Part shown: positions 8,207 to 15,941 of the stretch, piece by piece
How positions within the stretch are numbered: the first letter of the stretch is position 1
How the letters are laid out: the number at the start of each line of letters is the position of its first letter
Virus record (IMG/VR): IMGVR_UViG_3300005764_000057
Coordinates: 1-30,225 of that record
Source: a virus
Lineage: Duplodnaviria > Caudoviricetes
Length of the DNA: 30,225 bases
Reading direction: 5' to 3' (one strand)
Translations under genes and position numbers: made by a program
Notes under the pieces: generated by a model
What the model was told of the DNA's origin: nothing
The model's database searches: none
Seen by the model: only the letters and a program-made list of their open reading frames with translations

Positions 8207-8230
8207 CGGCCCATTCAGGAGGTTGAAGAC

Positions 8231-8509
8231 ATGGCGGAAACAGCGTTGGACAAAGTGATCCGGGAAGGTGTGACGCGGGGGATGATTGGGAATATCTCCC
8301 GATTGTCGGAGAACATCGGGGACCAACTGGCGCGCGAACTGTGGGCCGATCCGGAATTCCGCGCGGACCTTCAAGTCTTGATGCGGCAGTTTGGCAAAGA
8401 CGCCTTGAAGCGGTTGACCACGGAGCCGGCTCCGGACGCCGTGGAGGATTTGGCCCGGCGGGTGGAGAAACTGGAAACGTGGCGGTCTCGCGGCGGTGGG
8501 CTACCGTGA
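8231..8509 (+). CDS. Hypothetical helical protein
   Basis: Strong AGGAGG RBS and a C-terminal coiled coil (VEDLARRVEKLE). Confidence 0.75.
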   Translation: MAETALDKVIREGVTRGMIGNISRLSENIGDQLARELWADPEFRADLQVLMRQFGKDALKRLTTEPAPDAVEDLARRVEKLETWRSRGGGLP

Positions 8510-8618
8510 CAGTAAGGGCCAGCCACGGGCCTGCAGTCACCGGGCCCAAGGGCAAACCATTGGCCCCTTCCCGTTCAGCCCTCCTGAGCCATCCTGAGCA
8601 GTCGAGCTAGGGGCCGGT

Positions 8619-9044
8619 TTGTGGAAACTTTTGTGGAAATTAGCCGGGCTAAACTGTTCTCAGAAAACAGGGGGTGTTTCGCCCTGGCTTTCGGGCCCCT
8701 TTTCGGGCGATTGTGGAAAGTGTCAAAAAATTGGATGGGCCGTGTCCCCGGAAAGTGATAGGCCCCAATCCGCGCCGATTTTCTTCCACAAACGGCTTCC
8801 ACAAATTTGGTCCTTATGGCCGCCCAGGGCCGCTAAGTGTTGATAGCGGGACTCCGGGCCGTTGGGCGGCCCGGAGTAACTTCTATGGATTTTGCTAGGA
8901 ATTCCGCTCTGAAAACGCGGATCGGAGAAGCGGCTTTACACGGCAAAGAGGAACAGGGGCCCACTTTCTACGGGTCATAGTCCGAGGGGCTATCCTGTTG
9001 ATTTTAAAGCAGTTGCATTTTTCTTCCACAATTTTTTTCCACAA
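8619..9044. repeat. Seven TTCCACAA/TTGTGGAA boxes, probable integrase arm-type sites of attP
   Basis: TTGTGGAA at 8619, 8631 and 8711. TTCCACAA at 8784, 8797, 9024 and 9037. Pairs have a 12-13 bp period and the last pair overlaps the int 3' end. Confidence 0.6.
8851..8877. terminator. Perfect 11-bp GC-rich hairpin between convergent genes
   Basis: ACTCCGGGCCG-TTGGG-CGGCCCGGAGT. The U-tract is weak. Confidence 0.4.
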
Positions 9045-10114
9045 TTCGCCCCGGTGCCGACCTTGGCGGCCTTGCCACGATGCACCCGGAAGGCGTCCCG
9101 CTGGGCCACCGAAAAAGATGCATTTACAGCCGCAATGGCCGCCCTGTCCACGTCTTCATGGACGCCCATGGTGTAGCGTCGGCTGACGGTGGAATTCTCC
9201 GCATGCAGGGCCAGCCGGGACACGGTGGCCAGGTCCCGCGTCACCTTGTAAACGTGACTCAGATAGGAATGCCGCAGGTCATACAGCCGGAAGCCGTCCG
9301 GCAGCATGAAGCCTTCCCGGGCGGCCACCCGCCTGGCGGCCCGTTGGACGGCCCGGTTAACTGCCTTGATACCGAAGTGACCGAAGCCGCCGGCTTCCTG
9401 CAAGTCCTGGAAGGCGGCCACGGCTTCGTCGCAGAGTTCCAAGCTCCGGGCTTCCACGCCAGCCCCTTTGAGCCGTGGCGGAATCTTGACCCGTCTGGTG
9501 ACCGGACTCCAATCGCGCGGGCCCAGCTGCCGGAGGATTCCGGGCGGGATACCGCTCCACGCGATGATGCGGGCCCGAATCTTGGCCAGGCTCTGGCGTC
9601 TGGATTTTTTGCTGGATGCGAACATGTCCTCCAGAATTAGCCGGACTTGATCCATGGACAGTCCACGGGCTTCCGGCTTCGGGGCCTTAGGGTTGGTGGT
9701 GCCGGTGACTGGGTTGTGGCCCTTGGGCCCGTTCACCTTCCGGAAGAATGCGTGGAGAATGCCCCGGCGCTTGCGGATGGTGGCAGCACTGACATCAGCC
9801 GCCGTCCAGTCCGTAATCATGGCTTCAATTTCCGTGTCGGTGATCGTATTGCGGTGCCGGTCCCGTCCCAGGGTTTCGGCAAAGAGTCCCAGGACGCCAA
9901 TCACGTGCTTGTAGCTGGGTCTATGTTTGTAGGTTTCAGCGTAGCGGAGGATATCAGCACCGAATGTATGGGCCACGGTGCCCAGCTGCATATCGCGGAA
10001 CTGTTCCAGGGCGGGGATGGGTGTGTCCAGTGGAAAGTAACCATATTTGCCGTCCGCCCTGCGGCGGACTTCCATCTGGTTCCCTTTGCGGCGGATGTTC
10101 TTCAAGCGTTCCAT
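8990..10114 (-). CDS. int: Tyrosine recombinase / phage integrase
   Basis: Arm-binding-like N-terminus, core-binding domain (SAATIRKR), RLYDLRHS, LALH and RRY. Box I reads SGIPPG, with no Arg. Confidence 0.9.
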   Translation of the reverse strand: MERLKNIRRKGNQMEVRRRADGKYGYFPLDTPIPALEQFRDMQLGTVAHTFGADILRYAETYKHRPSYKHVIGVLGLFAETLGRDRHRNTITDTEIEAMITDWTAADVSAATIRKRRGILHAFFRKVNGPKGHNPVTGTTNPKAPKPEARGLSMDQVRLILEDMFASSKKSRRQSLAKIRARIIAWSGIPPGILRQLGPRDWSPVTRRVKIPPRLKGAGVEARSLELCDEAVAAFQDLQEAGGFGHFGIKAVNRAVQRAARRVAAREGFMLPDGFRLYDLRHSYLSHVYKVTRDLATVSRLALHAENSTVSRRYTMGVHEDVDRAAIAAVNASFSVAQRDAFRVHRGKAAKVGTGANCGKKLWKKNATALKSTG

Positions 10115-10138
10115 AACGACCTTTCGATAGAGACTGAG

Positions 10139-10369
10139 TTAAAGACGGGCTGGCACCAGCCGCCAGAGGATGCCGACTAGGCCCCCGAGTGTCAGCAGCT
10201 GTAGTGTGATGGCGGTGCCCACCATCCACTTGAGAATGGTTAAATCCTGTTCAATCGAACGCAGCCGCGATTCATAGGCGGCCACTTCCTCGGCCGCAGA
10301 TTGGGCCGCCTCTTCACTCACGTGGCCTTCGACTAACGCGCGATAAAGGGCGCCGAGCATCATAGCCAT
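10139..10369 (-). CDS. DUF1640/CCDC90-like coiled-coil protein with C-terminal TM
   Basis: LYRALVEGHVSEEAAQSAAE...LKWMVG followed by a hydrophobic tail. AAGGA RBS. Confidence 0.65.
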   Translation of the reverse strand: MAMMLGALYRALVEGHVSEEAAQSAAEEVAAYESRLRSIEQDLTILKWMVGTAITLQLLTLGGLVGILWRLVPARL

Positions 10370-10381
10370 TTCAGAAGTCCT

Positions 10382-10558
10382 TTACTGGAGCCAAACAGAA
10401 TGATTGATGCCCAAGGCGTAATACAGCACCCAGAGCACAATCACCGAAGCCAGAGCCGCCGTCACCACCAGCGGGGACGGCCGGCCTTGCGTGGACTGGC
10501 CCGTCGGCTTGGCCAGGAGCCGGGAGAAGTCCGAGACGTAGAAACGGTTATCGTCCAC
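10382..10558 (-). CDS. Small single-TM protein (58 aa, not in the ORF track)
   Basis: GTG start with GGAG RBS. MDDNRFYVSDFSRLL...LVVTAALASVIVLWVLYYALGI. Confidence 0.6.
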   Translation of the reverse strand: MDDNRFYVSDFSRLLAKPTGQSTQGRPSPLVVTAALASVIVLWVLYYALGINHSVWLQ

Positions 10559-10645
10559 GGCGGTGGCTCCGTTTCTTCGGTGATTTTATTTTTAGTACCG
10601 GCGGTTTTGTCTGCGGCGCAAACGTGATTCGGCCAATGATATAAG

Positions 10646-10876
10646 TCACTTCTTCCCTCCGTTCAGTTGTTCCCGTAAGGCCCGTAACTCCCGGCCCTGT
10701 TCCATCACCATCTGTTCCAACCGTGCCAGCGTTTCCTTCAGTGAACCTTTTTCACGCATAGCATCGCGTTCCGCTTGCAGGGCCAGCGTTAGGGCTGCAT
10801 CCGCATCCATGAAGGCGGAATGGGCCGCGCGCATGGCGTTATGCATTCGTTCAATCGCATCATCGAAGGCGTCCAT
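10646..10876 (-). CDS. Hypothetical coiled-coil protein
   Basis: Start directly abuts the stop of the RHH gene. Heptad-rich. Confidence 0.7.
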   Translation of the reverse strand: MDAFDDAIERMHNAMRAAHSAFMDADAALTLALQAERDAMREKGSLKETLARLEQMVMEQGRELRALREQLNGGKK

Positions 10877-11032
10877 TTACTTCTTCGTTCCTTTCTCCAC
10901 CGTCGCATAGGCGGCCAACATGTCCATCAGGACCGAACGGATCGGCCGGTCCTGCTGCAAGGCCTTAATCTTCACGGCCTTCCACAAGTCCGCCGGAATG
11001 TCCCGCAGTAGATAAGTTGTAGTGGTTTGCAT
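10877..11032 (-). CDS. Ribbon-helix-helix (Arc/CopG-like) regulator
   Basis: Start re-assigned to ATG 11032 with GAGGT RBS. TYLLRDIPADLWKAVKIKALQQDRPIRSVLMDMLAAY. Confidence 0.8.
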   Translation of the reverse strand: MQTTTTYLLRDIPADLWKAVKIKALQQDRPIRSVLMDMLAAYATVEKGTKK

Positions 11033-11039
11033 TGCGCGT

Positions 11040-11291
11040 TTATACCTCGTTATAGAAAGCTGCTGCACATTCGTTGCACCGTTCCGCCGCATCCTCCACG
11101 CGATGATCTGGGCACGTTGGCCGGCCGCAGTCTCCGCAGAACGCCAGGGTGTTACCGGCGTCCGGGTGGGTAGAACAATCCGCCCCGCACATATGGCACC
11201 ACTGATGTTCGTAACATCCTTCAATCCAACCAGGTCGGCAGCCACGGATGTGGGCCGCCCGAACCGCCTTTGCCTTTCGTCCCGTCTTCAT
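11040..11291 (-). CDS. Cys/His-rich zinc-finger protein
   Basis: ATG 11291 with GAAGGT RBS. CHMC, CGDC, TCPDH and RCNEC motifs. Confidence 0.65.
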   Translation of the reverse strand: MKTGRKAKAVRAAHIRGCRPGWIEGCYEHQWCHMCGADCSTHPDAGNTLAFCGDCGRPTCPDHRVEDAAERCNECAAAFYNEV

Positions 11292-11312
11292 TACACCTTC
11301 CCCTAACGGCAA

Positions 11313-11341
11313 GATTATCACGATTAGCATGATTAGCACAA
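11313..11341 (-). promoter_or_regulatory. Leftward promoter overlaid with three 9-bp-period direct repeats
   Basis: TTGTGC-N16-GATAAT on the minus strand. GATTA(T/G)CA at 11313, 11322 and 11331. Confidence 0.6.
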
Positions 11342-11420
11342 TAACACATGGGCCCACCGGGGACCGGCTGGCAGCTGGAACGGCTGGGCTGCCGGAATGG
11401 TGGCAGGCGAAGGCCGGTGA

Positions 11421-11448
11421 TTGCCACATCTTTCCGGCCAGGTAAAAT
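11421..11448 (+). promoter_or_regulatory. Rightward early promoter candidate
   Basis: TTGCCA-N16-TAAAAT. Confidence 0.45.
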
Positions 11449-11604
11449 CGGCGTCACAAGTCACTGTCTTTTCTGTAAGTTCCGGATTCGGTGATTCACT
11501 GGTGGGTCTGTCCAAAGAGTCAGGCGAAACCACGCGAAATTGCTAGGGAATTAGCGCCAGAATCCGCCCTTGTGTTTCGCCTTTCCTGGCGGGACTATCC
11601 GCCC

Positions 11605-11895
11605 ATGCTGACCGATACGCGCGCGATGTATCTGGAGGCAGTCCGGCGGCGGCGGGGATTCAGTCAGCGGGAACTGGCGAAGCTGTCCGGCGTTCCTCAA
11701 CCGACCATCAACCGGCTGGAAAACAAGCCGGACCAAAACCCTGGCCTTCGCATCATCGATGCCCTGGCCAAGGCTCTCCGTATCCGGCCGGACCTGCTCC
11801 GGTTTGGACCGACACCAGCCAAAGCTAAGGCCAGGATGGCCAAGGCGGCTTTAAAAACCATTGATGCCAGCCACAACCTGGCGGTGCCGTCATGA
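11605..11895 (+). CDS. XRE-family HTH regulator (Cro-like position)
   Basis: RRRRGFSQRELAKLSGVPQPTINRLE...NP. Start at 11605 or 11626. Confidence 0.9.
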   Translation: MLTDTRAMYLEAVRRRRGFSQRELAKLSGVPQPTINRLENKPDQNPGLRIIDALAKALRIRPDLLRFGPTPAKAKARMAKAALKTIDASHNLAVPS

Positions 11896-12161
11896 CGGGG
11901 CCATCGGCCGCCAGTGTGGCGGTTTCTCCGGCCTGCTACACGGTTCGGGATATTTGCCGGCTTCTTCAGATTAAGCCCCGGCAGTTCCGGCGGCTTCGGG
12001 AACGCGGCTTACTGCCCTTCCTAGAAGAGATCCGGCCGTCTCTGGGGCCACGAACGCCACGTTACCGGGTGGCCCCGGTGGATGCTTACCTGCGGAACCA
12101 GTGGCAGGTGGACCTGTTCCAGTCACGGCGGTATTTCCGCTCAGTCAGGAAACTGGCTTAG
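11892..12161 (+). CDS. Excisionase/AlpA-like HTH protein
   Basis: YTVRDICRLLQIKPRQFRRLRERGLLP...PRYR. ATGA-coupled. Confidence 0.7.
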   Translation: MTGPSAASVAVSPACYTVRDICRLLQIKPRQFRRLRERGLLPFLEEIRPSLGPRTPRYRVAPVDAYLRNQWQVDLFQSRRYFRSVRKLA

Positions 12162-12168
12162 GTGGCCA

Positions 12169-12909
12169 ATGAATCAGCTGCAGACAAAAACAGACAGGTC
12201 GGACCTGTCAACTGAACTGGCGGCCCCGGTTCCGGTCCTGTCCGGGGCCCAGATGGCGGCCACCTTCAAAGCTCACCGGGATGTGCAACATGCGATTGAC
12301 GGAGCCTATCCGGAATCGCTGGTGCGGCTCGATGGGAAAATTTTCCGCACAAAAACCAACTGGCGCGCGACATCCGTGGCCTATCACGTCACAGTCACCG
12401 TGGAACGGGATGAACGGATTGTCCTGGATGGTGAACCGGACAATTACATGTGGATTGTCACCTGCCGGGCCACGGCTCCAAACGGCCGATCCGTGGTTGG
12501 TGACGGTGCATGCAGTGCAGCGGAGAAGTATCGCGGCCGGCTCCGTCCCACGGAGCATAACGTCCGGAGTCATGCACATACCCGCGCGTTCAACAGGGCC
12601 ATCAGTAACCTGGTCGGCTTCGGCGAAGTCAGCGCAGAGGAAATAGAAGATACTCCGCCGCCACAGGCCCGGAAAGCCTCGCCGCAGAAAGCAGCTGCCA
12701 CCATCACCGCCCCGCAACGGGCCAGGCTGTTTGCCATTGCTGCGGAAGTCTGGCCGGCGGACCAATACGGACCGGAACGGTCCAAAAGTGAACTCCGGGA
12801 CGTGCTGCAATCACAGGGCATAGAGTCCACATCAGATATCCCGACGATGGAATATGACCGGATTGTCAGTCTGGTTCAGAGTTATGGACAGGCGGAGCAG
12901 CACGATTGA
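12169..12909 (+). CDS. Single-strand annealing protein (Rad52/ERF-superfamily-like)
   Basis: ATG 12169 with AGGTGG RBS. VTCRATAPNGR..VGDG, AHTRAFNRAISNLVGFGEVSAEEI, and a C-terminal ITAPQRARLFAI helical domain. Confidence 0.65.
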   Translation: MNQLQTKTDRSDLSTELAAPVPVLSGAQMAATFKAHRDVQHAIDGAYPESLVRLDGKIFRTKTNWRATSVAYHVTVTVERDERIVLDGEPDNYMWIVTCRATAPNGRSVVGDGACSAAEKYRGRLRPTEHNVRSHAHTRAFNRAISNLVGFGEVSAEEIEDTPPPQARKASPQKAAATITAPQRARLFAIAAEVWPADQYGPERSKSELRDVLQSQGIESTSDIPTMEYDRIVSLVQSYGQAEQHD

Positions 12910-13171
12910 ACGGCGCCGGGAAAAACGCCACGCAGCTGAGACTGTCCCGGATCTGCGGGATGAAGACTGGTATCAGTTCCTGGTGGAGATAGATGGACTT
13001 CTGGGCAATCCACGGCTCCAGTGGGCCGAGCCGGTATTACGGAAAATCCGGGACACGGTGGAACAGACCCACTGGGTGACCGATTTACAGATTGCGGCGG
13101 TAGTGAATATTGAACGGGCCCGTAAGCCCATTCATGACTTCGCGCGGCGGTGGCCCTGGCCGGTTGATTGA
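12884..13171 (+). CDS. Hypothetical protein
   Basis: In-operon ORF with plausible composition. Start uncertain. Confidence 0.55.
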   Translation: MDRRSSTIERRREKRHAAETVPDLRDEDWYQFLVEIDGLLGNPRLQWAEPVLRKIRDTVEQTHWVTDLQIAAVVNIERARKPIHDFARRWPWPVD

Positions 13172-13209
13172 CGGACGGCACGTTCTTAACTCAGTAACCT
13201 ATCGAAGGA

Positions 13210-13776
13210 ATGCCTATGGCCCGTAGCTGTGCTGTGCTGCTGGTGGCTGTGCTTCTGGGCGGCTGCCGTCTGACGCTGAACACCACCAATACCAACGATA
13301 ACACCAGCACCGGCACAGGAACCGGCACCGGTGGCGGCGGCGGCGGAAACGGCGGCGGCAGTCCCACCGGCCCAAGTCCCACACCTGCACCAACGCCAAC
13401 GCCGGCCCCTGGCGGCCGGACTACTGATCCGAGTCCTGGCGTGGTACTGCCCCTGCCAAGTTATGCGGAATCGGTTGTGAGTTCTGTTCCCTTCGTGGCG
13501 GCTAATACCTGCCTGTCCTTTACCTATCTGGATACCGTGGTGGATCGGCTCCGCGCCCAAGATACCCGCTGGGGCTACGCCTGTGGATCATCGGGCTGTA
13601 GCACGGCTAGCTTGGATAAGTTGGCGTATCACGCGCTTGCTGGTCCGGAAGCGACCGGGGTGCTGGGCAATTGGATCATCGATGTGATTAGAGATGTATG
13701 CGGCGGGAATGCCGGCCCGTTCTTTTCGGCCGGCTATGAAGCGAATACGGGATGGACGAGTCGGGGACGATTTTAG
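13210..13776 (+). CDS. Putative lipoprotein with a Thr/Gly/Pro linker and a Cys-containing C-terminal domain
   Basis: Basic N-terminus, hydrophobic core and LLGGC lipobox-like sequence, then a TGTG/GGGG/PTP linker. Confidence 0.7.
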   Translation: MPMARSCAVLLVAVLLGGCRLTLNTTNTNDNTSTGTGTGTGGGGGGNGGGSPTGPSPTPAPTPTPAPGGRTTDPSPGVVLPLPSYAESVVSSVPFVAANTCLSFTYLDTVVDRLRAQDTRWGYACGSSGCSTASLDKLAYHALAGPEATGVLGNWIIDVIRDVCGGNAGPFFSAGYEANTGWTSRGRF

Positions 13777-13879
13777 CGCAGCAATGGCAGCGTTTTGGCC
13801 CTTGGCGAAAAGATGGCAGCCGTATTCAATGGCGGCCTTTGAAAGCCGAGGGACATATGGGCGGCCCAAGGAGGCAGAT

Positions 13880-14065
13880 ATGGATAGTTCGCGCGCGGTT
13901 GCTACTGCCGTGATGGCATTGGCAAGGTTACGACATGAAGTGGAATATCGGCTAGGAAAGGAGGACCGTGAGTTTTGTAAGTATGTTATGGCGCAATTGC
14001 GATTGATTGAATCGGCGGTGCAAAGGGTTAAAGGTGGCAATAGGAACCAAGGCAGCATCCAATAA
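13880..14065 (+). CDS. Hypothetical helical protein
   Basis: AGGAGG RBS before ATG 13880. Confidence 0.6.
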   Translation: MDSSRAVATAVMALARLRHEVEYRLGKEDREFCKYVMAQLRLIESAVQRVKGGNRNQGSIQ

Positions 14066-14119
14066 TAAGGTATTGGGGGTAGCCTGACACCTGCTAGCAG
14101 CCAATTACCAGGAGTAACC

Positions 14120-14428
14120 ATGATGGCAGAACAGTTTGTCTTACAACCGGCGCTTGATGCATTCGAAGAATTGAAGTCCGATGTACTGGATCGAGTAGGT
14201 CAACAGGGTGGCAATCTGAATCGGCGAATGAAGGCCAACTTGAATACTATCGGTCTGGCCCTGAATACCTTCTCCAGTATCGTGGCCCAACATAACACCG
14301 TGGCTCAGCAGACTCAGATCATCTCGAAGATGACGAACGATCTATCCAAGGACATGACTAGGTTGCTGAAGGCTGGTTCCTTTACTAACGGTGAGGATGA
14401 CGGCACATCAGAGACGAAGGGCCACTGA
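14120..14428 (+). CDS. Hypothetical helical protein adjacent to ParB-like gene
   Basis: AGGAG RBS. Stop lies 1 nt before the ParB start. Confidence 0.7.
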   Translation: MMAEQFVLQPALDAFEELKSDVLDRVGQQGGNLNRRMKANLNTIGLALNTFSSIVAQHNTVAQQTQIISKMTNDLSKDMTRLLKAGSFTNGEDDGTSETKGH

Positions 14429-14429
14429 T

Positions 14430-15398
14430 ATGTATAAGGACGTGCCGTTGACTGATATCGTGGATAACCCTTTTCAGCCGCGCGGTGACTTTGATAAGGC
14501 GACAATCCGTTCGTTAGCCGATGAGATTGCGGCGGAAGGGTTTTGGAACGGCACGCTTCAGGGCCGGCGCAATGCACGTGGGCGGATCGAATTGGTATTC
14601 GGTCATCGTCGCTTACGTGCATTGCGTCTCTTGAAGATACCATCGGTGCATGTCGAATTACTAAATCTCACCGATGACCAGATGGCCGTTCGTGCATTGG
14701 AAGAGAACCTGCAGCGGGAAGGACTTAAAGATTTTGAGAAGGCAGACGCCGTCAAGGCAGCTGTTGACTTGGAACGACAGCGGAGAAAAACCGCCGGCGA
14801 GTCTGAACGTGGCGCATCCGAGACAATCGCAAAAAGACTCGGGCTAGATGCCGGATGGGTGGCTAAACTATGCGCTATTTCGTTGTCTATAGACAACGAA
14901 GAACGTAGCCTAATCGATGGTGCTATTTCCGCCAAAACAGCACTTGCCGCCAAGGAATGGGGCGGCAAACGGTATATGCGGACACTCGTCCGTCAGGCAA
15001 AGGCTGCGACTAAGCCCGACGCCAAAGTATCAAAGCCGACGGAAAACACAGTGGCCGCGATGAAACGGGCGATCAAAACCGCCTCGGATGATGTTAGAAC
15101 CAAACTGGAAGAAAGCATCTTCAGTGGTGAGTTAATAACGCCGGAGCAAGTGGATCGAGCAGCACGGCGCGAACGAGCAGCACAAGTTAGACGCCGTAAA
15201 CCAATACCACCAGACTTGAAGGTTGTAATCGTCGGGTGGACGGATGATCTAAACGATTGGACCAAAAAGCTAAAAACCGTCGCGCCGTATATGGACTATG
15301 TGGAGGAAGAACCAACTACCGCCAGGAAATTCCGCGCGGCGTTAAAACAGCTGATCGATGTATCAACTGAACTTTTAAAGGCTGCCAGTGTGAAATGA
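14430..15398 (+). CDS. ParB/Srx-domain (CTPase-like) DNA-binding protein
   Basis: NPFQPR, GHRRLRA and EENLQRE motifs, followed by an HTH (ASETIAKRLGLDAGWV). Confidence 0.85.
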   Translation: MYKDVPLTDIVDNPFQPRGDFDKATIRSLADEIAAEGFWNGTLQGRRNARGRIELVFGHRRLRALRLLKIPSVHVELLNLTDDQMAVRALEENLQREGLKDFEKADAVKAAVDLERQRRKTAGESERGASETIAKRLGLDAGWVAKLCAISLSIDNEERSLIDGAISAKTALAAKEWGGKRYMRTLVRQAKAATKPDAKVSKPTENTVAAMKRAIKTASDDVRTKLEESIFSGELITPEQVDRAARRERAAQVRRRKPIPPDLKVVIVGWTDDLNDWTKKLKTVAPYMDYVEEEPTTARKFRAALKQLIDVSTELLKAASVK

Positions 15399-15784
15399 GT
15401 GCACCGATTTTGGAACATACTCTCTGGCCGGAAATAGCACGCTATCTCCAGGTCTCCGTCTACGGCCGGGACGGCGGGCCGGACCGGCCCCGGTGGCGGT
15501 TCGATATCCGGACGCCGGATGATGGGATCACGGAGCGGAAACTTTTGGCCATCGCTGTCCCGTGTGTCACCTGTGGCCGGATGATGCATCCGATTCGCAG
15601 CCGTCAGGGCCGCAACCACCTGTATCTGGCGGTGACCTGCAGCCTGGATGTCAACTTCGGTTGTGCACGGAGCAGTGCGGCGCGGAAAGGCTACGAAGCG
15701 ATCCGCCAGGTGGTGAAGGCCGCCGAACAGCGCCGGCAGCCGCGTTTAGCCTTTGACCTGGGGCCCATCAACGGCCGGCGGTAA
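15395..15784 (+). CDS. Hypothetical protein, possibly Zn-binding
   Basis: ATGA-coupled. CVTC...C......C. Confidence 0.6.
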   Translation: MSAPILEHTLWPEIARYLQVSVYGRDGGPDRPRWRFDIRTPDDGITERKLLAIAVPCVTCGRMMHPIRSRQGRNHLYLAVTCSLDVNFGCARSSAARKGYEAIRQVVKAAEQRRQPRLAFDLGPINGRR

Positions 15785-15789
15785 ATCAG

Positions 15790-15927
15790 ATGTTCTGGGC
15801 CCTGCTGGCATTCCTGGTGCTGGCCATTGTGGTGGCGGTGGTGGCCCTGCTGACCATCTTGGGCAACTTCGCGGATGAACTCCACGTTTCGGAATCGTGG
15901 CTGGATGACCATCACCGGCGCCGGTGA
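15790..15927 (+). CDS. Small single-TM protein (45 aa, not in the ORF track)
   Basis: MFWALLAFLVLAIVVAVVALLTILG followed by a charged tail ending DDHHRRR. Confidence 0.6.
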   Translation: MFWALLAFLVLAIVVAVVALLTILGNFADELHVSESWLDDHHRRR

Positions 15928-15941
15928 AAGGAGACTTGCAG

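Noticed and set aside
8153-8374. N-terminal extension of ORF 7727..8374
   Set aside because: It overlaps the divergent promoters and the RBS-supported 8231 gene. ATG 8152 is more plausible.
8549-8575. c-di-GMP-I riboswitch-like GGGCAAACCATT (also GGCGAAACC..GAAA at ~11523)
   Set aside because: The GAAA-capped paired stem and downstream receptor helix cannot be formed.
8900-8990. tRNA fragment as attP core (anticodon-loop-like CTGAAAA, TTTACAC, GTCATAG)
   Set aside because: No T-arm GTTCGA, acceptor stem or CCA in a consistent arrangement.
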